Source of the DNA: Gammaproteobacteria bacterium
GTDB taxonomy: Bacteria; Pseudomonadota; Gammaproteobacteria; UBA4575
Reading direction: 5' to 3'
Assembly (NCBI GenBank): GCA_965222615.1
Contig: CBDCUI010000008.1
Location: 32,001 to 96,000 of the forward strand
Length of the DNA stretch: 64,000 bases
Shown here: piece after piece, positions 1 to 10,142 of the stretch
Layout of the letters: each line of letters opens with the position of its first letter
Position numbering within the stretch: the first letter of the stretch is position 1
The notes under the pieces: generated by a model
Seen by the model: the letters and a program-made list of their open reading frames with translations, nothing else
Database searches by the model: none
Told to the model about the DNA's origin: nothing
Translations under genes and position numbers: made by a program

Positions 1-590
1 CCAATCTCAATATCGTTAAATGCATTCAGTGTAATATTATTTGGAACCGATTTTTCTTCGATCTCAAAAGGCTTATTTATTTCTACAGCTGGACAAGTAG
101 TTTTCTCTACTGAATTTGTATAGGTGCTTTTAGCTATCTCAAGTGGATGTCTTTCTTTACCTAAACGTTTACATGCATCTTTTCCTTCGTTACTACGCAA
201 AGTTTGACACTTAATTTCATCAAGTTTGCGTAAATTCACCGAGCTGAATTTTTTATGTTGTTGATGGTTAAAACTTTTTAAACTATTAGTTTCTTGTAAG
301 TCGCTTTTGGCTAGGCCTAATCGGTATAATAATCCACGATGATTTGGATTATAAGTAAGTGCCGCCTGGTACAAATTTATAGCATCATGTATACGATGAT
401 CTTTTAGTAAAATATCTGCTAATTGAGTAATTTGGTTTAAATCATTTTGGTGTTGTTCAGCATACTCACGTCCAAATTTTAATGCAGCATCACTATTAGG
501 CGCATAATTTTTCCATTCTTCAAGTTCTACCGCTAATCCAATAGATATCAATTGGGAACAGAGCAGAATTGGAAATATTAAGTGTTTCAT
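1..590 (-). CDS. Exported TPR-like protein, 5' part (runs off the window)
   Basis: Manual translation from ATG at 590: MKHLIFPILLCSQLISIGLA... (signal-like), then TPR-like AINLYQAALTYNPNHRGLLYRLG; open to position 1. Confidence 0.7.
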   Translation of the reverse strand, partial: MKHLIFPILLCSQLISIGLAVELEEWKNYAPNSDAALKFGREYAEQHQNDLNQITQLADILLKDHRIHDAINLYQAALTYNPNHRGLLYRLGLAKSDLQETNSLKSFNHQQHKKFSSVNLRKLDEIKCQTLRSNEGKDACKRLGKERHPLEIAKSTYTNSVEKTTCPAVEINKPFEIEEKSVPNNITLNAFNDIEI

Positions 591-601
591 AAAAGTAGTA
601 T

Positions 602-1399
602 TTAGTGATAGAAACTTAAACGTTTTCTACTATTGCTGGCATTAAACTTATATTCCCAGTTTCCATTTGGTAAGCGTACTAAACCTAAAAGATATTTTTT
701 CCCCACAGGTTGGTATGCAGGTACTTCGTTACGCAATCCCTTAGAAATGATTTTACGTAATTGCAGCAGTCCAATTTCATCCGGGGACAAGTCAATTTTG
801 CCGTCGTGGTTGTAGTCTTCACCATTGAGTACAGAATAGAGAGTGCGCTGTAATTGCCTAAGCAATTCAGTTTGTTCAGGGCCAGAAACCTGTTGAACAA
901 GTTGAGTTATTTCTACCGCGAGCTTCATTTTGCTAGATACATATACTTGTGAATCGTTAAATTTGGCCACCATATCCTTTAAATTATCACTTGCATCTTT
1001 GGATTGTGCGGCATACAACATATGATTTGTTGCTTCGTCTAGTGAGCGAATTGCTCCATAATTCAATCCGGTCCCTTTTAGTTGTAATTTTGGATCCAGT
1101 GCATGTAATGTATTTGATAAATGTTCACGTATTTCAGGTTTAGACTCATTTGATTTAAGCGCTTTTGTAATTTCGTTTAAAACTATTTGTATCTCTTTTT
1201 CCGCGACAATAAATAAACCTTGTTCACCTGGTGTTCCACGCCATGCAGTTAATGCATGTCCAATATGGGCATGAGAAATAAGTGGTAATTTTTGTGAAAT
1301 TAGTGGCTTATTTGCACAACTTGCTATTAATGGAATAAAAATGCAGAAAAAAATGTATTTTTTTCTTAAACAAAATTGAACCATGCCTATCCCCTGCAT
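602..1399 (-). CDS. Hypothetical lipoprotein
   Basis: Lipobox-like LIASC; helical body; Ca-loop-like DYNHDGKID. Confidence 0.65.
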   Translation of the reverse strand: MQGIGMVQFCLRKKYIFFCIFIPLIASCANKPLISQKLPLISHAHIGHALTAWRGTPGEQGLFIVAEKEIQIVLNEITKALKSNESKPEIREHLSNTLHALDPKLQLKGTGLNYGAIRSLDEATNHMLYAAQSKDASDNLKDMVAKFNDSQVYVSSKMKLAVEITQLVQQVSGPEQTELLRQLQRTLYSVLNGEDYNHDGKIDLSPDEIGLLQLRKIISKGLRNEVPAYQPVGKKYLLGLVRLPNGNWEYKFNASNSRKRLSFYH

Positions 1400-1510
1400 G
1401 TGTAGTAATCAAAGCACAACTTGTAACAGGTAGTGCACTTAATACGAGTGTAGGTTCAAAAAAATTGTCTAGTCTTGCAGACTAATTTCGATTGCGGACA
1501 ATAGTAAAAG

Positions 1511-2470
1511 TTAGCTAAGTGATCCTGAGCAGCTGCTACCTTGGCCGGCAGTACAACCATAACAGTGATCTCCAACAGTAATCTCATTTGATTCTAGATC
1601 GATGTTAATAAGCTCTGATAGATGAGGACGAAATTTATTCTTATAAAGAAGTGGAAGCCTGAGCATTTGGTTGAAGTCACAGTCGTATACATATCCTTGC
1701 CAATCTACACTGAGTAAAGAACGACACATAACAGACTGAAGGTTTTTTGCAAAATAAGAATCACGTAATAATTGCATATACTGATTAAACTTTCCTTGAC
1801 TGATCAAGGTACTGCCAAATCTTTGAATTGGCATATTAGTGATAGTGATTAGATGATCAAAACTTACATCGTATTGGTTCAAATACTCACGATAATCTTT
1901 TTCCAATGATTCTTGAGGGGGTGGTAAATGCGGGTCTTGGGGGTTGTATACTAATGTAAGTTTTAAATTCTTATCATTACTTCCATAGCCTAAAGAGTTT
2001 AATTTTTTTAGCGCTCGTATGCTTTTTTCAAATGCACCTTTACCTCTTTGTTTGTCTACATTCTCTTCGAGATAACAGGGTAGTGAGGCAACTATTTCTA
2101 CACTCTGCGTAGCTAGAAATTCAGCTAAACCTTCATTTTCGGGTTCTTCAAGAATAGTAAGGTTACAGCGATCAATTACATGTCTCGATTGTTGCCGAGT
2201 AATTTTTACCAGTTCTTTAAACTGTGGATGTAGTTCGGGTGCGCCACCGGTGATATCTAAAGTTCGAATATCTTGGATCTGTAAATATTCGATAATGGTT
2301 TTAATCGTCTTTGGTGCCATCATTTCAGTGCGGTTTGGACCCGCATTGACATGGCAGTGCACACAAGATTGGTTGCATCGATAACCGAGATTAACTTGTA
2401 AAGTTTCGATTTTTCCACGTTGAATGTTTGGAAAATCGGTTTTTTCTAATAAATGAAGTGTTTCATGCAT
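1511..2470 (-). CDS. arsS: Radical SAM/Cys-rich protein, ArsS (arsenosugar biosynthesis) family
   Basis: CNQSCVHCH motif, LDITGGAPELH, YDCDFNQML, C-terminal HCYGCTAGQGSSC. Confidence 0.85.
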   Translation of the reverse strand: MHETLHLLEKTDFPNIQRGKIETLQVNLGYRCNQSCVHCHVNAGPNRTEMMAPKTIKTIIEYLQIQDIRTLDITGGAPELHPQFKELVKITRQQSRHVIDRCNLTILEEPENEGLAEFLATQSVEIVASLPCYLEENVDKQRGKGAFEKSIRALKKLNSLGYGSNDKNLKLTLVYNPQDPHLPPPQESLEKDYREYLNQYDVSFDHLITITNMPIQRFGSTLISQGKFNQYMQLLRDSYFAKNLQSVMCRSLLSVDWQGYVYDCDFNQMLRLPLLYKNKFRPHLSELINIDLESNEITVGDHCYGCTAGQGSSCSGSLS

Positions 2471-2492
2471 GCTATTTGTTCATTTATATGAT

Positions 2493-4622
2493 TCAGTTGC
2501 GCATAAAAGAGTGAAATTTTTTCACCCAGTTTAATAATTTTTCTGGTGCATGAGCTTTTTTCCATTCGCCTGCGACAAATTTATTTGCCTCAGCTAGTGT
2601 TGGATAAATATGTATCGTGGTAAGTATCTTGTTTAGACCTAAGTCATGTTTCATTGCGGACACGTATTCAGAAATGATATCCCCTGCGTGATCACCCACT
2701 ATTGTGACGCCAAGGATCTTATCTTTTCCTGGTGGAGTAATTATTTTTACCATGCCCTGTGCTTCTTCATCGACAATAGCTCGATCTAAATCAGAAATGT
2801 CATAATGAGTTACTTCATATTCTATGTTTTCTTTTTGTGTATCTTCTTCATTTATGCCAACGCGAGCAACTTCTGGTTCTGTAAAAGTGCACCATGGTAT
2901 TACAGAGTAATCGACTGGAAATTTTTTAAACATTCCGAATAAAGCATTAACACTTGCATACCAGGCTTGATGCGCTGCAGTATGTGTAAACTCATACGGC
3001 CCTGCAACATCTCCACATGCATAGATATTTGGGTAATTTGTTTGTAGGTATTCATTTACCTCTAGCTTGCCGTTATTTTGCAAGTCAATATTCAGCTTTT
3101 CATCCCAAATACCTTTTGTATTGGCGCGTCTTCCCACTGCAACTAATAAACAATCGAATTCAACATGGATATTTCCTGTTTCATGAGTGCATACTAAGGT
3201 ATTTTTGTTTCCATTGTTTACTACTTGAGATGCGGTATGACCAACCAGTAGATCGATTCCATCTTGCTTTAAACTTTCTTCCACCATGGCAGAGATTTCT
3301 TCATCTTCACGGATCAAGATTCGTGATACCATTTCTACAAGTGTTACCTTAGATCCAAAGCGCGCAAAACACTGTGCAAGTTCACAACCAATCGGACCGC
3401 CACCTAATACCACCATTTGTTGAGGAAGTTTGTCTAAGTCCCAAATGGTATCCGAAGTGTAATACCCTGCTTTATCCAATCCAGGGATATTGGGCACCAA
3501 GGGACTTGCGCCAGTAGCAATAATGATATTTTTAGTGGTGAGGGATTTTCCATTTACTACCACTGTCCATGGATCTTTAATTTTGGCTTCACCTTGTATA
3601 CATTCAACGCCTAAATCTGTGTAGCGTTCTACCGAATCATGTGGTTCAATTTTTTTAATCACGCGTTGTATGCGTTGCATAATATTTTTAAAATCAAATT
3701 CAACTTCGATAGGAGTGCAGCCGTAACGGTCTGCATGTTTGGCTTGCGAAATAAATTTTGCAGAACGAATTAGCGCCTTTGAAGGAACACATCCAGTATT
3801 TAAACAATCACCACCCATTTTATGTTTTTCGATCAAAGTGACTTTGGCTTTTACTGCAGAAGCGATATAAGCCGATACTAAGCCAGCGGATCCTGCGCCA
3901 ATTACAATTAGATTGCGATCAAACTTTTTTGGTTTACTAAAGTTCGCATAAACGCGTTGTGCTTTAATAATTCCTACTAGCTTCCTTGCAATCCAAGGAA
4001 AAACCGCTAACAGAGCAAACGCAAATATAATTCCTGGGCTAAGTATCCCTTCTAATGAATTTAGAGTGGCTAACTGAGTGCCTACATTCACAAAAATGAT
4101 AGAACCGACAACCATCCCTAATAGGCTTGTCACAAAGAATGTTACTGTGCGCATAGGGGTTAAACCCATGGCTAGGTTGATAACCATAAAAGGGAAAATA
4201 GGTATTAAGCGCAGTGTAAATAAATACAGTGCGCCATCTTTTTCAATACCCCGATTAATGGCTCGTAATTTATCGCCAAAACGATTCTGTACAAAATCGC
4301 GAAAAATATAACGTGAAAACCAAAACGCAATGGTTGCACCAATGGTCGCGGCAGGAAGAACAATTAGTACACCTAAAAACAAACCAAATATTGCACCTGC
4401 AAGTATCGACAAAATTCCTGCAACGGGTAGTGATAAGGCTGCAACAGCAACGTATACAAAGAAAAATATCAGTGCAGTTTTTAACGGGTGTGAATGAAAA
4501 TAGTCTGTAATAATTTGTTGCTTTGATTTGACATAGTCGAAATCAAAATACTGTTGCAAGTCGAAAATGAAAAATCCAGCAATTAATGCTGTGACTAGCA
4601 ATAAAATCAGGATTTTTTTCAT
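2493..4622 (-). CDS. TVP38/DedA (VTT) domain fused to pyridine nucleotide-disulfide oxidoreductase
   Basis: N-terminal membrane domain with LRLIPIFPF; GAGSAG, GGDCLNTGCVPSK, GGGPIG, HIYPT. Confidence 0.9.
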   Translation of the reverse strand: MKKILILLLVTALIAGFFIFDLQQYFDFDYVKSKQQIITDYFHSHPLKTALIFFFVYVAVAALSLPVAGILSILAGAIFGLFLGVLIVLPAATIGATIAFWFSRYIFRDFVQNRFGDKLRAINRGIEKDGALYLFTLRLIPIFPFMVINLAMGLTPMRTVTFFVTSLLGMVVGSIIFVNVGTQLATLNSLEGILSPGIIFAFALLAVFPWIARKLVGIIKAQRVYANFSKPKKFDRNLIVIGAGSAGLVSAYIASAVKAKVTLIEKHKMGGDCLNTGCVPSKALIRSAKFISQAKHADRYGCTPIEVEFDFKNIMQRIQRVIKKIEPHDSVERYTDLGVECIQGEAKIKDPWTVVVNGKSLTTKNIIIATGASPLVPNIPGLDKAGYYTSDTIWDLDKLPQQMVVLGGGPIGCELAQCFARFGSKVTLVEMVSRILIREDEEISAMVEESLKQDGIDLLVGHTASQVVNNGNKNTLVCTHETGNIHVEFDCLLVAVGRRANTKGIWDEKLNIDLQNNGKLEVNEYLQTNYPNIYACGDVAGPYEFTHTAAHQAWYASVNALFGMFKKFPVDYSVIPWCTFTEPEVARVGINEEDTQKENIEYEVTHYDISDLDRAIVDEEAQGMVKIITPPGKDKILGVTIVGDHAGDIISEYVSAMKHDLGLNKILTTIHIYPTLAEANKFVAGEWKKAHAPEKLLNWVKKFHSFMRN

Positions 4623-4721
4623 TTTATAAAATCTAATAACAAAAAATGTGCTTAATTATTATGCAAGAGTAGAATCATACTTTAAGCTATGATTACAATA
4701 TAGATTAAGAAATTTTTTGTT

Positions 4722-5612
4722 ATGCGCTTAGCGACCTGTAAATATAATAACCAAGACTATCTTGCGATCGTCCAAGATAATACCTTGTTGATTCCGGCAA
4801 TCAGTGTCGGTTTCCCCCTTGAGCTGAATAGCATGCTACAGTTGATCGATGGTGGTGAGCAATCCTTACAGAAGCTAAATGAGATCGTGCAACAAGCACC
4901 AAGCAAGGATTGGATTCCCCTATCAGAAGTAGAGTTGTTATCCCCCATCCCTAGACCACGCCAAAATATTATGTGTTTGGGTTGGAACTATACGGAGCAT
5001 GTTGAAGAGACTACTGGCAAAACATTGGAAGCGCCAAAGCTACCTAAATATCCCATAGTCTTCACCAAAGCTGCTTCGAGTATGAATGGGCCTTTTGCAA
5101 ATATACCGGTAAATTTGGAAGTCTCAAACAAAATGGATTGGGAGGTGGAGCTGGGAGTGATCATTGGCAAAGGCGGGATAGGTATACCACGTGATCAGGC
5201 GCTAAAACATGTATTTGGTTACACTATCATTAATGATATTTCAGCACGAGATTATCAAAAACGACATAAACAGTTTTTTATCGGAAAGAGTTTTACCGGC
5301 GCGTGCCCTATGGGGCCATGGATTGTAACAACGGACGAAATTCCTAATCCTCAAGTGCTTAATCTAAAGAGTATCGTAAATGACAAAATCAAACAAAGTT
5401 CAAATACAAAATTTCAAATCTTTGATGTGCCAACTGTGATAGAGAGCTTGTCTAAGGGAATGGCGCTTGAACCTGGAGATATCATCGCAACAGGTACACC
5501 AAGTGGCGTGGGTTATGTACGTAATCCCCCTGAGTATCTAATGCCTGGGGACATTGTGGAATGTGAAATTGAATCGATTGGCAGTATTCGCAACCCAATC
5601 GTTGAAGCATGA
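4722..5612 (+). CDS. Fumarylacetoacetate hydrolase family protein
   Basis: GWNYTEH, DWEVELGVIIGK, NDISARD, GDIIATGTPSGVG. Confidence 0.9.
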   Translation: MRLATCKYNNQDYLAIVQDNTLLIPAISVGFPLELNSMLQLIDGGEQSLQKLNEIVQQAPSKDWIPLSEVELLSPIPRPRQNIMCLGWNYTEHVEETTGKTLEAPKLPKYPIVFTKAASSMNGPFANIPVNLEVSNKMDWEVELGVIIGKGGIGIPRDQALKHVFGYTIINDISARDYQKRHKQFFIGKSFTGACPMGPWIVTTDEIPNPQVLNLKSIVNDKIKQSSNTKFQIFDVPTVIESLSKGMALEPGDIIATGTPSGVGYVRNPPEYLMPGDIVECEIESIGSIRNPIVEA

Positions 5613-5617
5613 AATCA

Positions 5618-6448
5618 TTACTGCAACATAGATTGAAAAGCTTCTTGCAACCCTTCTATATATATCTGGTTTGATAATAGAAAGCCATTGCCGTGACCGC
5701 CGCGAAGTTCGATGAACTTTTTGGGTTGATTGGCATTTTCAAAGTTAGTCTTTCCGTGTGCAAATGGAATGACTTCATCATCTACGCTATGAATAACCAC
5801 TACGGGAGATGAAATATTTTTTAGTTTGTCAATCGTCTCATACTCATGTTTTACAATTAGCTCGGTAGGCATAAATGGATAATGTATTTTTGAAACTTCC
5901 GGCATAGAAGTGAAAGTTGACTCTAGGATTAACATAGCTGGGGAGAAGTCTTTAGCAATTTCAGCTGCTACTCCGCCACCTAAAGAACGTCCAACAAGAA
6001 TAATATCTTCCGACTTTAATTTTTTTTCATTACGTAAAAAATTCCAAGCTGCCTTTGCATCTAGATAGGTGCCGATTTCACTTGGACTGCCAGTACTATT
6101 GCCAAAACCGCGGTAATCAAAAATAAAGAAATTAAAACCGAGCCGGTGATATATTTGTATAGTTTCTAAACGATGTGAAATATTCCCAGCATTACCATGC
6201 ATAAATAGTATGGTTTTTTCTGCCCATGCGGTTGAAGAATTAGTAGGTATAAACCAGGCATGTATTTTTTCACTATCTTCAGTTTGTAGAAAAACTTCTT
6301 CAAAGTTTAATCCAACGTCTTGAGGTGTTGTTAATAATTCACGAGATGGCATGTGTGGCGCATAAATAAACCATGCTTGCATAAAATAGATCGCAAGCAT
6401 TGCGAGTAGATAAAACACCAATAAGGTAATAGCTATTTTAATCAACAT
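5618..6448 (-). CDS. Membrane-anchored alpha/beta hydrolase (ABHD12/13-like)
   Basis: HGNAGN, DYRGFG, GRSLGG nucleophile motif, N-terminal TM. Confidence 0.88.
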   Translation of the reverse strand: MLIKIAITLLVFYLLAMLAIYFMQAWFIYAPHMPSRELLTTPQDVGLNFEEVFLQTEDSEKIHAWFIPTNSSTAWAEKTILFMHGNAGNISHRLETIQIYHRLGFNFFIFDYRGFGNSTGSPSEIGTYLDAKAAWNFLRNEKKLKSEDIILVGRSLGGGVAAEIAKDFSPAMLILESTFTSMPEVSKIHYPFMPTELIVKHEYETIDKLKNISSPVVVIHSVDDEVIPFAHGKTNFENANQPKKFIELRGGHGNGFLLSNQIYIEGLQEAFQSMLQ

Positions 6449-6504
6449 TTATTGAGAACTATTTATTTCACTAGACATAAACTACAACTATAATAAAAAC
6501 TAAA

Positions 6505-7449
6505 ATGTTATCCCATCGTGTCCAAAATGACCTACAAACACTGCTTCTTATAAGCGGTATGGCGATTCTATTAGGTTTTACCGGATATTTGTTATTTGGA
6601 AAGATAGGCTTGTTTATACTCGTATTAGGCGGTGCGTTTTTAATACTTGCGGGACCAAAAGTGACTCCAAAGTTAGTGTTCCGCATGTACAAAGCAAAAC
6701 CAGTTGCGGTTGAGGAAGATACACAATTATTTAGTATTGTAGAAGAACTGTCGAAAAGAGCTGGACTATCCAAAATTCCACAACTTTATTATATCCCTAG
6801 TAAGATGATAAATGCTTTTGCAACGGGAACACGTGACAATGCGTTAATTGGAGTGACTGAAGGGATCCTGCGCGCACTTAATGGACCAGAAATAGCTGCT
6901 GTTTTAGCCCATGAAATTAGTCATATTCGAAATAATGATATCAGGGTAATGAGTTTGGCAGACACGATCACACGAGTTACACATATATTATCTGGATTAG
7001 GTCAATTGCTCTTACTTTTAAATTTACCTTTAATTATCATGGGCAGGGGCTCCATGTCGTGGGTGGGAATTGCATTGCTGATTTTTGCACCAAATATTGC
7101 AGCTTTAATGCAGCTTGGATTATCAAGAGCGCGAGAATATGACGCGGATTTGGGTGCAGCGGAGCTAACAAAAGACCCGCGTTCACTTGCATTTGCACTA
7201 CAAAAACTAGAGCGCTTGCATGCAGGGGTATTACAAAGAATCATGTTGCCTGGACACAAAATTCCAGAGCCGTCTTTATTACGCACGCATCCACATACAC
7301 ATGATCGAATTGAGCGCCTAATGCAAATTGAAAAAGATTTATATCAACAACAACCCATGCTTACGCGCACAGATGGTTGGCATGCTGGTATTCTACCTGC
7401 TACCGAAACTAGGCGACCGCGTTGGCACATGAACGGTCTGTGGTTTTGA
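6505..7449 (+). CDS. M48 zinc metalloprotease, HtpX-like
   Basis: NAFATG, HEISH, SRAREYDAD, THP. Confidence 0.88.
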   Translation: MLSHRVQNDLQTLLLISGMAILLGFTGYLLFGKIGLFILVLGGAFLILAGPKVTPKLVFRMYKAKPVAVEEDTQLFSIVEELSKRAGLSKIPQLYYIPSKMINAFATGTRDNALIGVTEGILRALNGPEIAAVLAHEISHIRNNDIRVMSLADTITRVTHILSGLGQLLLLLNLPLIIMGRGSMSWVGIALLIFAPNIAALMQLGLSRAREYDADLGAAELTKDPRSLAFALQKLERLHAGVLQRIMLPGHKIPEPSLLRTHPHTHDRIERLMQIEKDLYQQQPMLTRTDGWHAGILPATETRRPRWHMNGLWF

Positions 7450-7477
7450 TGCGTAGTTTTTATAGAGAAAACGATTA

Positions 7478-8068
7478 ATGGATATCAAAGAACGTATAAA
7501 AGAAATATTTACCGTCGAAGCACAAGCGATATCTTCAATACCGATAACCGATGAGTTTGAGCGTGCAGTAAGCTTGCTACAAGATTGTAGTGGTAAGGTA
7601 TTGACGACCGGAATGGGGAAAGCAGGTCATATCGCCAATAAATTTTCCGCAACATTATGTTCTACTGGCACACCGGCTTCGTTTATTCATCCTGGCGAAG
7701 CCGCACACGGCGATTTGGGTTTGATTGAAGAAAATGACGCCATTGTGGCATTTTCTACTAGTGGTAAAACCCGAGAGGTATTAGATTTATTGAATGCTGG
7801 GCGCGAACTTGGCTTGCATACCGTCATCGGTATCACTTCGCATACCGATTCCATATTACGAGAGCTTAGTGATGTAGTCATTGATATGGGTGAAATAAAA
7901 GAGGCATGTCATTTAGAATTGACACCAACTTCTAGCATGGCAGTAATGCTGGCCATTAGTGATGCATTGGCTTTGTTATTGATGGAATTAAAAGGTTTTG
8001 GCAGGCAAGATTTTGGCAAACGCCACCATGGCGGATACTTAGGAGCAAAAGCCCGTAATTCAGATTAG
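7478..8068 (+). CDS. SIS-domain sugar-phosphate isomerase (KdsD/GutQ-like, lacking CBS domains)
   Basis: TGMGKAGHIA, HPGEAAHGDLG, PTSS, HHGGYLG; ends where the CBS pair would begin. Confidence 0.85.
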   Translation: MDIKERIKEIFTVEAQAISSIPITDEFERAVSLLQDCSGKVLTTGMGKAGHIANKFSATLCSTGTPASFIHPGEAAHGDLGLIEENDAIVAFSTSGKTREVLDLLNAGRELGLHTVIGITSHTDSILRELSDVVIDMGEIKEACHLELTPTSSMAVMLAISDALALLLMELKGFGRQDFGKRHHGGYLGAKARNSD

Positions 8069-8200
8069 GAGAGCTCTGATTTATTCTGATACTTTGTTAA
8101 AAAATGTCTCAAAATACTCGTTTACTAGTGTGTAAACTCCGTTTTTTCGACATTTTTTGCCTCGTCTCAGTCGCTTTCTCGCTAAGAAATCAGAGCCTCC
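8068..8200. repeat. Palindromic intergenic element, CTCTGATTT-arm subfamily
   Basis: Arms GCTCTGATTT...AAATCAGAGC; core TACTCGTTTAC-n-GTAAACTCCG; close match to reverse complement of 59940-60067. Confidence 0.9.
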
Positions 8201-8276
8201 ATAGGTTTCCGTAGGCTTCTATAGACTTTCATAGAGTAAGATGGATTTTATATTATAAAAAGCAGAGGTACATACC

Positions 8277-8843
8277 ATGCTAAATAAATTATATCTTTTA
8301 TTAGTGCTTGTATTAGTTATTAGTTTTTCTAACGGATATGCGGAAACCATCAATAAAGTTTCAATTAAAGAAGTTGCAGAGTGTTCGGGAAATAAGTTAA
8401 CTTTAAACGGCGCAGGGGTAAGAAAAAAATTATTTATTAAACTTTATGTCGCGAGTTTATATGTTGAAAGTAAAACGGATCAAGCAGAACAATTATTAGA
8501 ATTAAATCAACCAGTATGTATACACTTACATATAACTTCGGGGAAAATTACTGCCGAAAAAATGATTAAAGCCACTCGAGAGGGTTTTGAAAAATCTACA
8601 CAGGGCAATACAACACCTATTGAAAAAGAAATTGAGACATTTCTAAGTTGGTTAAAGCAACCTATAAAAAAAGGAGATGTATTTGAGTTTTCATTTATCC
8701 CGCAAGACTCAACAATTGTTTCGAAAAACGACAAATTCCTAGGGGAAGTTAATAATAAAGAGTTTTCGGCTGCATTATTTGCAATTTGGTTAGGGGATGA
8801 TCCAGTGCAAGTTGATTTAAAAAATAAATTGTTGGGCAAATAA
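8277..8843 (+). CDS. Exported chalcone isomerase-like protein
   Basis: Signal peptide; LTLNGAGVRKKLFIKLYVASLY; FAIWLGDDPVQ. Confidence 0.85.
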   Translation: MLNKLYLLLVLVLVISFSNGYAETINKVSIKEVAECSGNKLTLNGAGVRKKLFIKLYVASLYVESKTDQAEQLLELNQPVCIHLHITSGKITAEKMIKATREGFEKSTQGNTTPIEKEIETFLSWLKQPIKKGDVFEFSFIPQDSTIVSKNDKFLGEVNNKEFSAALFAIWLGDDPVQVDLKNKLLGK

Positions 8844-8855
8844 TAAAAATATCAT

Positions 8856-9353
8856 ATGCATCGGCTCCTTGTTCTCATACGGCATGCCAAGTCAAGTTGG
8901 GACGAAGTTGGTTTACAAGACTTTGACCGACCTTTAAATAAGCGTGGGCAAAAGAATGCTCCGGAAATGGGTCAGCGTTTAGCGGCTAAGAATTTTACTA
9001 CAGATATTATAATCTCGAGTCCAGCAAAGCGTGCCATTACAACAGCAAAATTAATCGCGACTGAAATCGATTTTGATAGGAAAAAAATAATCCAACAAGC
9101 CGAAATTTATGAAGCAGGACTAAATACTTTAGTAAATGTCGTTTCTACAATAGATGATAAATATCACCGTGCTGTTTTGGTGGGCCATAACCCGAGCTTT
9201 ACTTATTTATGTAATTACTTAAGTGATGCAGAGCTCGACAATATACCAACTTGTGGTATAGCGCATATTCAATTTGATGTGGAAGCCTGGAGTGATATTA
9301 CTCAACATGCCGGTAAAATAATTGAATTCGATTTCCCTAAAAATAAGAAGTAA
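8856..9353 (+). CDS. SixA-type histidine phosphatase
   Basis: LIRHAKS, DFDRPL, SSPAKRA, VGHNP. Confidence 0.9.
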   Translation: MHRLLVLIRHAKSSWDEVGLQDFDRPLNKRGQKNAPEMGQRLAAKNFTTDIIISSPAKRAITTAKLIATEIDFDRKKIIQQAEIYEAGLNTLVNVVSTIDDKYHRAVLVGHNPSFTYLCNYLSDAELDNIPTCGIAHIQFDVEAWSDITQHAGKIIEFDFPKNKK

Positions 9354-9355
9354 GA

Positions 9356-10087
9356 ATGCCAAGATCTCCGAAGCCAAAATTTACATCATTTGATTTGCTT
9401 AGCGGCCGTGTCATTGCTAAGAAATATGAAATCGTTTCTAAGCTTGGAGGTGGTTGGGAAGGCGAAGTATATAAAATAGTTGAGGCTGGTTCAGGTATTG
9501 AACGAGCGGCTAAGTTTTTTTATCCACATCGCAATGTAAATAATAAAACTGCAAAATTTAATGCCAAAAAGCTGCACAAATTACGGCAGTGTCCCATTCT
9601 GATTCAATACCACACTAAAGAAAATTTTGTGTTTAAAAGAATACCAGTAACGGTTCTTATCTCAGAATATGTAGAAGGGCAATTACTTTCAGAATTTATA
9701 AAAAGTTTTCCTGGCAAGCGGCTAACACCTTATCAAGCTTTACATCTTTTATATGCGCTGACTACAGGTATTGAATGTATCCATAGTATGAATGAGTATC
9801 ATGGTGATCTTCATTCAGACAATATCATTGTCAATAAATTTGGTTTGGAGTTTGAGTTAAAGCTGGTTGATTTATTTTCTGCAAAAGAACCTAAACGGGA
9901 AAGCCGAAAGTTTGATATCTTGACACTTATTCAAGTTTTCCATGAAGCACTTGGTGGTGCAAAGCATTATGCAAAACAACCAGATGCAATTAAATATATA
10001 TGTTGTGGTTTGAAATCTAGTCTGATTCTAAAAAAGTTTAAAACGGTAGGTCAATTGCGTCGCCATATTGAAAATATGGATTGGTAG
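9356..10087 (+). CDS. Stand-alone Hanks-type protein kinase domain
   Basis: LGGGWEGEVY glycine loop, AAK lysine, HGDLHSDN catalytic loop, KLVDLF in place of DFG. Confidence 0.8.
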   Translation: MPRSPKPKFTSFDLLSGRVIAKKYEIVSKLGGGWEGEVYKIVEAGSGIERAAKFFYPHRNVNNKTAKFNAKKLHKLRQCPILIQYHTKENFVFKRIPVTVLISEYVEGQLLSEFIKSFPGKRLTPYQALHLLYALTTGIECIHSMNEYHGDLHSDNIIVNKFGLEFELKLVDLFSAKEPKRESRKFDILTLIQVFHEALGGAKHYAKQPDAIKYICCGLKSSLILKKFKTVGQLRRHIENMDW

Positions 10088-10142
10088 ACAGTGAGACTGT
10101 GATTTATCTCAAATTATCGACAACACTAATGGAAGATAAAAA

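Noticed and set aside
1511-1540. Selenocysteine at the ArsS C-terminus
   Set aside because: The GSSC position is a normal TGC Cys codon and the gene ends in TAA
2493-4622. Mercuric reductase merA
   Set aside because: No N-terminal metal-binding domain, no C-terminal Cys-Cys pair and no mer genes nearby
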